This document shows, one piece after another, positions 1 to 6,364 of a stretch of DNA of 52,385 bases (position 1 is the first letter of the stretch; the number at the start of each line of letters is the position of its first letter). This DNA comes from a virus. The notes beneath the pieces are model-generated. The model was not told where the DNA came from and searched no databases. It saw nothing but the letters and a program-made list of their open reading frames with translations. The stretch is taken from the IMG/VR virus record IMGVR_UViG_3300028840_001809. One strand, given 5' to 3'. The translations under genes were made by a program, and so were the position numbers.

Positions 1-144
1 CGGCGCCATCCGTCTTGACGAATCGGAGGATATCGATCGGGTCGCCGAACTGGGCGCCCTGATCGCCGAACACGAAGAAGCGTTCGCGGCCTATGCCGAC
101 CACGTTGGCGTGGACTTCGCCACCGAAGAGGGCTTCGAGGATGC
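1..144. repeat. Terminal direct repeat, copy 1 (identical to 52242-52385)
   Basis: A base-by-base read shows that cggcgccatccgtcttgacg...ggcttcgaggatgc occurs at both ends. This indicates a circular assembly overlap or terminal redundancy. Confidence 0.95.
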
Positions 145-331
145 CTACTGCGGCGAGTGGGAGAGCGAAGAGGCGTATGGCGAACACGTCTTCGAGGAAC
201 TGTACGCCAATGATCTGCCGGACCATATCGCGGCCTACATCGACTACGCAGCCTTCGCCCGTGACCTGTTCATCAACGATTGCTTTAGCGTGGAGAGCCC
301 CTCGCGCGTCTACGTGTTCCACAACAGCTAA
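2..331 (+). CDS. ardA: Antirestriction protein ArdA, C-terminal part (continues the frame of 52054..52385 across the junction; full protein 172 aa)
   Basis: The frame is continuous with 52054 (offset 52241). The joined protein reads MNTTTDPPRIYVACLASYNAGHLHGEWIDA...AEEWAIHDFEGFG...YIDYAAFARDLF...VYVF, which matches the ArdA family pattern as I know it. It is strongly acidic. Confidence 0.9.
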   Translation, partial: GAIRLDESEDIDRVAELGALIAEHEEAFAAYADHVGVDFATEEGFEDAYCGEWESEEAYGEHVFEELYANDLPDHIAAYIDYAAFARDLFINDCFSVESPSRVYVFHNS

Positions 332-344
332 CAGAGGATACAGC

Positions 345-560
345 ATGAACGAGAAGTACATCCACTTTCTTAACCGCCCAATAGGCGCCATCCCGGTCGC
401 TTTCCGCGTCGGCCCATGGCCAAAAGCCAAGCCGCAGCAAGAAACGCGCAAGAGTACCCGTTGCCTGCGGCAGCGACGCTGTAACCCGCCGCGCCTGACT
501 ACCAAGGTCGCCAATCCGCCGATCAAGAAAGGGCGCCGTGAACACGACAGAGCAGCGTGA
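345..560 (+). CDS. Hypothetical small basic protein (71 aa)
   Basis: The ATG lies 14 nt after the ArdA stop and is preceded by AGAGGA. It is the only plus-strand ORF here. The C-terminal half is low-complexity and basic, so the call is uncertain. Confidence 0.4.
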   Translation: MNEKYIHFLNRPIGAIPVAFRVGPWPKAKPQQETRKSTRCLRQRRCNPPRLTTKVANPPIKKGRREHDRAA

Positions 561-666
561 AGAATGTAAGTGCCCACCTGAAAGGTTGTATGCATGGTTT
601 GCGGCAGACGGGACGTTATGTGTCTGCTGCTGTGAGTGCGGGGCCGTCTTGAAAGGGGCAGCGTAG
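538..666 (+). CDS. Possible Cys-rich mini-protein (42 aa; ...ECKCPPERLYAWFAADGTLCVCCCECGAVLKGAA)
   Basis: A GTG start follows AAGAAAGGG. It has eight Cys in 42 aa, and its TAG overlaps the GTG of the next ORF (TAGTG). It is below the ORF-track size cutoff and was found by hand translation. Confidence 0.3.
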   Translation: MNTTEQREECKCPPERLYAWFAADGTLCVCCCECGAVLKGAA

Positions 667-857
667 TGTCAACAGTCGAGCAGCGTGAAGACGGTTGGTG
701 GGTTATCGGACTTCCCGCAGGGACGGAACCTTGCGGGCCGTACGACACCAAGGCAGAAGCCGAGGACGACCGGCGAGGGATAGAGCGATTCTTCCGAGAC
801 ATAGACAAGCCAGCGACCTTCACGGTCGATTGGCGACAGGCAACAGAGAATGGCTAG
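666..857 (+). CDS. Hypothetical protein (63 aa from GTG 666; the ORF is open from 636)
   Basis: The composition is protein-like (VSTVEQREDGWWVIGLPAGTEPCGPYDTKAEAEDD...). AAGGGG lies 9 nt upstream of GTG 666. Confidence 0.5.
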   Translation: MSTVEQREDGWWVIGLPAGTEPCGPYDTKAEAEDDRRGIERFFRDIDKPATFTVDWRQATENG

Positions 858-860
858 GTA

Positions 861-1196
861 ATGTCGTACGAAGACTCGGTAGGCTACAGGAAGAAGTTCC
901 CGATACTCTGGCTTCGGCCGCGCTATCGGCAGTGCGACACTCCTGACGAGATAGCGGCACGGAGAGAATGTATCCTCGCTGTCAGGCAAGCGCTTTCTGA
1001 GATACCGCCGGAGCAAGCCGGTCTACTGGTCGTGCGGTACTGCGAGGGTATGACACTCCGCGACCTCGCAAAGTGGGAGGGCGTTGGGGTGTCTGCTGTC
1101 AGCGAACGTATCAAAGCGGCGGCAAGGCGGTTCCGCGTGGCGCTCCGCAGGAGGCGACCCGATCTTTGCCTGACCGATTTCTCGGAGGTTGTGTGA
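861..1196 (+). CDS. Sigma-70 region-4-like HTH protein (ECF/LuxR-type C-terminal domain only)
   Basis: It is 111 aa. LSEIPPEQAGLLVVRYCEGMTLRDLAKWEGVGVSAVSERIKAAARRF resembles sigma-70 region 4. I could not recognise a region 2. Confidence 0.6.
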   Translation: MSYEDSVGYRKKFPILWLRPRYRQCDTPDEIAARRECILAVRQALSEIPPEQAGLLVVRYCEGMTLRDLAKWEGVGVSAVSERIKAAARRFRVALRRRRPDLCLTDFSEVV

Positions 1197-1468
1197 AAGT
1201 TCCCACTAATCCATTCCGAATCCCAGCCCGCAAGAAGCGCAAGAAGAAGCCGGCCAAGCAAGAGGCTATCTACGCAATCCGGGGCTGCGCCGGCTGTGTG
1301 GCCGGCTGTAAGGCAGGCAATGAGTGCGTGCCGATCCGCGGTCACGTTCACGGCCGCTGCCTCGCGGCTTACTCGAAAGGCAGGTTCACTATGGCCTCGC
1401 TCGTGGACGATCGACCGGAGGGCGGCTGTCTGTACTGCAAAGAACCCTTGAGCGATAACGAAAGGTAA
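1193..1468 (+). CDS. Hypothetical basic, Cys-rich protein (91 aa)
   Basis: The GTG start overlaps the upstream TGA (GTGA). It has a Lys/Arg-rich N-terminus followed by CAGCVAGCKAGNEC...GRC...CLYC. Confidence 0.45.
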   Translation: MKVPTNPFRIPARKKRKKKPAKQEAIYAIRGCAGCVAGCKAGNECVPIRGHVHGRCLAAYSKGRFTMASLVDDRPEGGCLYCKEPLSDNER

Positions 1469-1470
1469 GC

Positions 1471-2049
1471 ATGAACAGAGAAGCCTGGCTAACAAAGTGC
1501 ATCGAACTCCTGCGCCCGGACTTCCGTGAGAACGGCGCCCCGCTGCCTAAGAAGATCCGTGCCTCGTGTTCGTGGCCAAGCAAGTCAGCACTGGCCCAGA
1601 AGAAGCGGCGAATCGGTGAGGCATGGAGCAGCAAGCAAAGCGCAGACGGCACCTTCGAGGTTTTCATTTCACCCTTCCTGAAAGACCCGATCGAGGTCGG
1701 GGCGACACTCGTGCATGAGCTGGTTCACTGTGCGGTTGGCCTCGATCAGCAACACAATAGGCATTTCGGCGCGCTGGCCAGAAGGCTCGGCCTGGAAGGT
1801 AAGCTGACTGCCACTGTGGCCGGCAAGGAATTGAAGACCCGCCTCCGCGGCGTCGTTAAAGAGATAGGCAAGTACCCGCATGCCGAGCTGAAGCACAGTA
1901 ACGCACCAAAGAAGCAATCGACTCGCATGCTAAAGCTGGAATGTGGAGACTGCGGGTACACGGTCCGAACGACCCGAAAATGGATTGAAGTGGGTCTGCC
2001 TGTGTGTCCGTGTGGGACAACGCTCTACCCTCTAGGCGATGACGGATAA
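1471..2049 (+). CDS. SprT-like zinc metallopeptidase domain protein with a C-terminal zinc ribbon
   Basis: It is 192 aa. It has the HExxH motif (LVHELVHCAV) in a SprT-like context and a C-terminal CGDCG...CPCG ribbon. GAAAGG precedes the ATG. Confidence 0.6.
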   Translation: MNREAWLTKCIELLRPDFRENGAPLPKKIRASCSWPSKSALAQKKRRIGEAWSSKQSADGTFEVFISPFLKDPIEVGATLVHELVHCAVGLDQQHNRHFGALARRLGLEGKLTATVAGKELKTRLRGVVKEIGKYPHAELKHSNAPKKQSTRMLKLECGDCGYTVRTTRKWIEVGLPVCPCGTTLYPLGDDG

Positions 2050-2110
2050 AGCCGCCCATGCCCAGCCCAGTCCGCATTAGGGCAGACAAGGTAAGCGCCG
2101 ATGCGGATCA

Positions 2111-2863
2111 TTACGCAGCCGCATTTCTTGCACGTCCTGGGAGTCTCTCGATTTCCAGGGCGTGTTCTTTTGCGATCTCTGAACAGTAGTCGCTGCTCTT
2201 CTCGATCAGGGTGCATTGTCGGTTGATTCTCCGGCAAACGCGGAGTGTAGTGCCTGTTCCTGCGAAGGGGTCAAGCACTGTTCCGCCTTCTTGCGTGCTG
2301 AGTTTGATACATCTCTCCACAAGCTCTTCATGCAACTGAGTAGGGCACCAGGGTCTTTTTTGGCGAGAGTTACCAGTGACCCGAGGAAAGTCGAACACAT
2401 CCCCAGGTACTCGCCCTCTCGGGTCGGCTCTCTTGTCTCCATTGAGCTGTCTCCAGGAAGGTACGCGGATCTGGTCAGGATAGAAGACAGCATCCTCACG
2501 CCACAGGCGAAGTAAGGGCCGGTAGTTATTTCCGAGATCGGTCTGGCGGTGCTGGCCGAACGTGAAGGTCTGGATGCACTGGCGTGCCCGTAACCACTTA
2601 AATGTCCGGAGCAGTGAGCTGACGATTGAGCCGACGCGAGCAAACCACTTCGCGTTGTAGCTCACCCACGTTATATCTGCCTTCCGGGCGAAGGCCGCGA
2701 TGCAGATCCCGAGCCAGCCAAGGTAGTCGTCCTCTGACCTGTTGTCTGTGTAGCCGGTGTATCTGAGGCCGATATTGTCTGGCGGGTCAGCGAACAAGCA
2801 AGTAGCCAGCGGGAGTGATTCAATCACGTCTTGGCAGTCGCCGTGAATCAGGCGATGTTTCAT
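2111..2863 (-). CDS. DNA methyltransferase, beta-class N6-adenine/N4-cytosine type (N6_N4_Mtase-like)
   Basis: It is 250 aa. The catalytic-position motif is FADPPDN near the N-terminus, and the AdoMet motif VLDPFAGTGTT lies near the C-terminus. The start forms an ATGA overlap with the upstream gene. Confidence 0.8.
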   Translation of the reverse strand: MKHRLIHGDCQDVIESLPLATCLFADPPDNIGLRYTGYTDNRSEDDYLGWLGICIAAFARKADITWVSYNAKWFARVGSIVSSLLRTFKWLRARQCIQTFTFGQHRQTDLGNNYRPLLRLWREDAVFYPDQIRVPSWRQLNGDKRADPRGRVPGDVFDFPRVTGNSRQKRPWCPTQLHEELVERCIKLSTQEGGTVLDPFAGTGTTLRVCRRINRQCTLIEKSSDYCSEIAKEHALEIERLPGRARNAAA

Positions 2864-3429
2864 TCTTCCTCCTCTATCGCCTCAGCCCTCAGGCTGGAGC
2901 CAGTGTGATTCAGGGTAATGCAGCTCGAAAAGTCGGTGAGCTGCGCTCGCAGGACGTTGACTCCGTATCGCGAGAGCTGGGTATCGAGCCGGCCAGTCAG
3001 CGAGCGGTTAATCGCCGTGCGGTCTTCTTGTAGCTCCGCGAACGTTTTGCCGGTCACGAATGCGCAGAGCACGCCCATTACCTCGTCGCCGAGCGAATCT
3101 TCGACGCTATCTGTGTCAATAAGGGCCTTGTGGACGGCTACTGGCGAGCGATCGAACTCGTATCGGACCATCACGCCGGCAACGACTGTCTTGCCGTCTG
3201 AAGTCGTCAGCGATTTCGTTGGTAGACTGATGGTCTGAATGTTCGCCGGCCGGGCGTAGTAGTTGGTCCAGAACGGCCAGATCAGCCGGAGCCCAGGCCG
3301 AAGCACCTTGACCCGAGTGCCGCGTGTCACAGTGACGCCGATCTCGGTACACTCAAGGTGCTTGACCTGCGGAATCCATTGGCCGATCCATTCGGCGAGC
3401 TGGCCAATCCAAGCGAAAGCGCTGGTCAT
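2860..3429 (-). CDS. SPFH/Band-7 (prohibitin-like) domain protein
   Basis: It is 189 aa from ATG 3429, which forms an ATGA overlap with the stop at 3426 and has AGGA 7 nt upstream. GLRLIWPF...LTTSDGKTVVAGVMVRYE...LSRYGVNV is the typical SPFH pattern. Confidence 0.6.
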   Translation of the reverse strand: MTSAFAWIGQLAEWIGQWIPQVKHLECTEIGVTVTRGTRVKVLRPGLRLIWPFWTNYYARPANIQTISLPTKSLTTSDGKTVVAGVMVRYEFDRSPVAVHKALIDTDSVEDSLGDEVMGVLCAFVTGKTFAELQEDRTAINRSLTGRLDTQLSRYGVNVLRAQLTDFSSCITLNHTGSSLRAEAIEEEE

Positions 3430-4070
3430 GCGGCGTCCTTCAGCCAATAGTCAAAGCCGAAAGGCTCGTTGATTCTTGGTGTACGCATTCGCTCCAAGCA
3501 AACTACTGTTTCCATGAATACATGCACCAGCGGTTCCTTGTATTTGGCGTGCAGTGTGTTCCATGGCCTCGGGAACAGTACAGCCTCGCCTCCATGCTTA
3601 CGGAACATCTCCACATTCTCGTCGCTGTCGTCGATCAGTATTCGGCCTACCCTAGCTAGCAGGTGCTTTTGCGGGCCGACAAGGAATTGCCTGTGTAACC
3701 ATCTCGGGCAATGCCTCTGAATCCATTCCGCCTTACCCGATAGACACTCAGGGTCGCTGACAGAGCTAGTCAGTATACAGATGTTTTTTCTGCCGACCAT
3801 TGCTTCGCAGAAGTTGAGTAGCGGCCAGAACTCCTTTGATTTCGGCGCCTGGGCCCAAACGTCTGGTCCATTGAGTTCACTCCATAGCCTCTCGGTATCG
3901 AAGTATAGCTCTTCGTGCAGCGCGTTCGCTGCCTGCGTGAGGTCGAAGCCCCATTTCGGGTCGTACTTACTGAGGGCGCCAGGCGTAACTGGGCAGCCAA
4001 GCATCTGGAGCGCGTGCATCGAGAACTGGTTGAGTACGTCATCTAGGTCGATGAAAATGCGTTTGATCAT
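3426..4070 (-). CDS. HAD-superfamily 5'(3')-deoxyribonucleotidase-like protein (NT5C-like)
   Basis: It is 214 aa. The N-terminal IFIDLDDVLNQF carries the DxDxV phosphoaspartate motif in an NT5C-like context. A strong AGGAGA RBS is present. Confidence 0.6.
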   Translation of the reverse strand: MIKRIFIDLDDVLNQFSMHALQMLGCPVTPGALSKYDPKWGFDLTQAANALHEELYFDTERLWSELNGPDVWAQAPKSKEFWPLLNFCEAMVGRKNICILTSSVSDPECLSGKAEWIQRHCPRWLHRQFLVGPQKHLLARVGRILIDDSDENVEMFRKHGGEAVLFPRPWNTLHAKYKEPLVHVFMETVVCLERMRTPRINEPFGFDYWLKDAA

Positions 4071-4080
4071 AATGTGTCTC

Positions 4081-4536
4081 CTAGGCGGCCCTTTTGTCTT
4101 CGCGGATACAGCAGTGGCAGCTCGTATCGTGTGAGCCTTGGTCTGCCATCTCGTCGCCGTATTGGCATGGAGCCGGAGGGATAGTACACGGCAGGGCCGC
4201 TAGCTCATGCAGGATAGCGAAGGCATTGAAGACTATCGCGCATGCTGCCTCACTCATGTTGATTTCATGGCCGTCCTTGCGATCGAAAGCGATATGGCCT
4301 CGGTTAATCTTCCAGAGGTCAACGGTATGCCGGAGTAGCGACTTCACGCACTCCTTAATCGGTATTCCCTTTTGCCAGCTATCGCTGTCTCGCTTCTTGC
4401 CGTCTGATTGGATGCGGTGTTTATGCAGGTACTCAGCGTACGTTTCTAGTGCGATGGGACAAATGAAACCTTCGTAATCGAGCTTGTCGTCGCTGTTGTC
4501 GCGGGTTGCCCCGCTAGAGAAAGTTCGCATGGTCAT
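4081..4536 (-). CDS. dATP/dGTP diphosphohydrolase-like N-terminal domain protein (DUF5664-like)
   Basis: It is 151 aa. SGATRD..KLDYEGFICPIALETYAEYLHKHR...DSWQKGIP...LLRHTVDLW matches my memory of this phage family. The start forms an ATGA overlap. Confidence 0.5.
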   Translation of the reverse strand: MTMRTFSSGATRDNSDDKLDYEGFICPIALETYAEYLHKHRIQSDGKKRDSDSWQKGIPIKECVKSLLRHTVDLWKINRGHIAFDRKDGHEINMSEAACAIVFNAFAILHELAALPCTIPPAPCQYGDEMADQGSHDTSCHCCIREDKRAA

Positions 4537-4838
4537 AGTGCTGGCTTCTGGGTGAGCGTGAAATACTGGAATGATACGCCGCCATTAGGTCTCTTTGCGT
4601 TTGTGACAGTGAGAATTCCGGCCCTAGCTAGCGATCTGAGCGCTTTTTCTGCCTTTTCTGGGCCCTTAAAGGCTTGCAGTCCTCTCTGTAGTTCGCGAAT
4701 GGTTACTCTCCCTCCCTTCTTCATCCGTATCCACGCTAGTAAGTAGTTCTGGTTATGAACGACAGGTGTTCCGGCTGCTTCCTCAAGCGCTGCCCTCCAT
4801 TGCTCAACTGTCGTATCTAGTTTTCCACCGTCTTTCAT
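4533..4838 (-). CDS. Hypothetical winged-helix-like protein (101 aa)
   Basis: RVTIRELQRGLQAFKGPEKAEKALRSLARAGILTV looks like a wHTH. It has ATGA overlaps at both ends. Confidence 0.45.
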   Translation of the reverse strand: MKDGGKLDTTVEQWRAALEEAAGTPVVHNQNYLLAWIRMKKGGRVTIRELQRGLQAFKGPEKAEKALRSLARAGILTVTNAKRPNGGVSFQYFTLTQKPAL

Positions 4839-5710
4839 GCTGCTTTCCTCACTGGCGCAACGGTAGGCACCTCAACCGGATCGCGATTCAAAGTCCAGAG
4901 GCAGTGGCGCGTGTAAACGTCCTCGTCTCCAGAGCGAACAAGCGTACCGCCGATTTGCGGCAGCGTTTGTCGGCCACCGACGATCCTGAAGACAAATGGT
5001 GTCTTGGCTTGCCAGCCGGCCGTGGTACAGGCCGTAGCGAAGCCGTGAGCCGACTGGATTCGCGTTTCCACGTTTCGGTGGCGGTGGCTACGCACAATCA
5101 CGTCGGGGTGCCTGTCGCCCCAGCGTGCTGCTTCAACGAACGCCTGCTCCAGCTCCTTGTGGACGGCCGTGGTTTCGTACGCGAGGCTCCCGGCAGTACC
5201 GATATGATGCGTCAGATGCACCAAGCCGACGCCGATCTCGATCCATAGCTCCCACCTGGCGAACCTGCCATCGGCGTCGGGGATCGCTCCGAGGCTCTCC
5301 GCGAGCTGTTCCTCGTTCTCGCCAGACGGCCCGACATGCGCCTCTGTGCCGCGGATATGGTAATATCGCCCCTCGCATGCCTTTACGACAGGCTTCAGGA
5401 CTTGCCTTGCAATTCGCGCCTGGTCGGCTAGGTTCTGTGAGACATGAGTGACGGCCCGGTGGTGCCGCCCATCGATGGCGTCGCCATTCAGAACGACAGC
5501 GAACGGCTCGCCGCGTGTCACCCGCGGCACCCAGTCGTTCCAGAATTCCTGCCAGCGCTTCCAGACATCGGCCTGAACTGGCGTATGATTGTAGATCGCT
5601 CCATCGTCGAGTATGACGGTCGGCGGACATAGGCCGAGCCTGCATCCGCAGTGCAGATCGGACACGACAATCAGGTTCGTGAGTTTTTCAGGCTGCTTTT
5701 TTCTCGACAT
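4835..5710 (-). CDS. Calcineurin-like metallophosphoesterase
   Basis: It is 291 aa from ATG 5710, which is preceded by GAGGAGGAG; the ORF is open to 5788. Motifs present are VVSDLHCG, LNGDAIDG, RGTEAH and VRSHRH. Confidence 0.7.
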   Translation of the reverse strand: MSRKKQPEKLTNLIVVSDLHCGCRLGLCPPTVILDDGAIYNHTPVQADVWKRWQEFWNDWVPRVTRGEPFAVVLNGDAIDGRHHRAVTHVSQNLADQARIARQVLKPVVKACEGRYYHIRGTEAHVGPSGENEEQLAESLGAIPDADGRFARWELWIEIGVGLVHLTHHIGTAGSLAYETTAVHKELEQAFVEAARWGDRHPDVIVRSHRHRNVETRIQSAHGFATACTTAGWQAKTPFVFRIVGGRQTLPQIGGTLVRSGDEDVYTRHCLWTLNRDPVEVPTVAPVRKAA

Positions 5711-5987
5711 TGAACTCCTCCTCAATAGATGCGTCATCGTAGTAGTAAGCCCATGGCCGGCATAACACACACGGCCAGTAGTAGACAAGTCCTCCGCATT
5801 CTGGGCACCGGCGCTTCACTCGTAGTTTGTAGGGTATCGCGGGCTTACTGCGTTTTCGTATCGCCGGGAGTCTGCTGATTTTGTGGACTACCCCAACGCT
5901 AACATGGAACTCCCTTGCAATATTCTCGAAGGTATTCCCTTCCTTTAGCGCCTTGCGAATCCCCACTTCTTTCCAGAGTGGCAGCAT
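5688..5987 (-). CDS. Hypothetical HTH plus zinc-ribbon protein (99 aa)
   Basis: It has the HTH-like segment NTFENIAREFHVSVGVVHKI followed by CPECGG...CVLC. Confidence 0.5.
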   Translation of the reverse strand: MLPLWKEVGIRKALKEGNTFENIAREFHVSVGVVHKISRLPAIRKRSKPAIPYKLRVKRRCPECGGLVYYWPCVLCRPWAYYYDDASIEEEFNVEKKAA

Positions 5988-6364
5988 TACTGTATCCTAC
6001 CGATCCATAACTCAACTCTCGGGTGGTCGCAATCGATCCCGAATTCCGGCCGCTCGCGCTGCATGTGCGTATGATCGTCGTCTGGTAACAGGCCGGCATC
6101 CACTATCCCGTCGTAGGCAGCCTTCAGGGAGGCGATAGCGTTGTCCTCGTCGCGGCGGCGCTTGGTCGGGAAAAAGAACCTGGGGGTCACAGATGCCTTT
6201 ATCCATGGTGTGAGCCGCTCTGCCTCAGTGGCCTCGCGTGCTAGCCGGCGATACCGTTTGGCTGCCGCTGCCTTCTTAAATCGCCCGCCTGGCGTGGCTA
6301 CGGCGCAATTTGGCGATAGGACTCTCGGCGGCAGCGGCAACACGACCACGATCGACTCACCCAT
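5987..6364 (-). CDS. rusA: RusA-family Holliday junction resolvase
   Basis: It is 125 aa. The LPLPPRVLSPN...RRRDEDN...KAAYDGIVDAGLLPDD pattern is typical of RusA. Confidence 0.75.
   Translation of the reverse strand: MGESIVVVLPLPPRVLSPNCAVATPGGRFKKAAAAKRYRRLAREATEAERLTPWIKASVTPRFFFPTKRRRDEDNAIASLKAAYDGIVDAGLLPDDDHTHMQRERPEFGIDCDHPRVELWIGRIQ

Noticed and set aside
923-1495. 190-aa minus-strand ORF under the sigma-like and Cys-rich early genes
   Set aside because: It is antisense to three coupled plus-strand genes with recognisable motifs, and its composition is Arg/Ala/Ser-rich.
2050-2124. Search for a bidirectional terminator in the convergence zone between the SprT-like gene and the methyltransferase
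   Set aside because: Only weak 6-bp stems with loops of 12 nt or more (for example ATGCGG...CCGCAT at 2101-2124) are present, with no clear T-run. There is not enough support to annotate a terminator.
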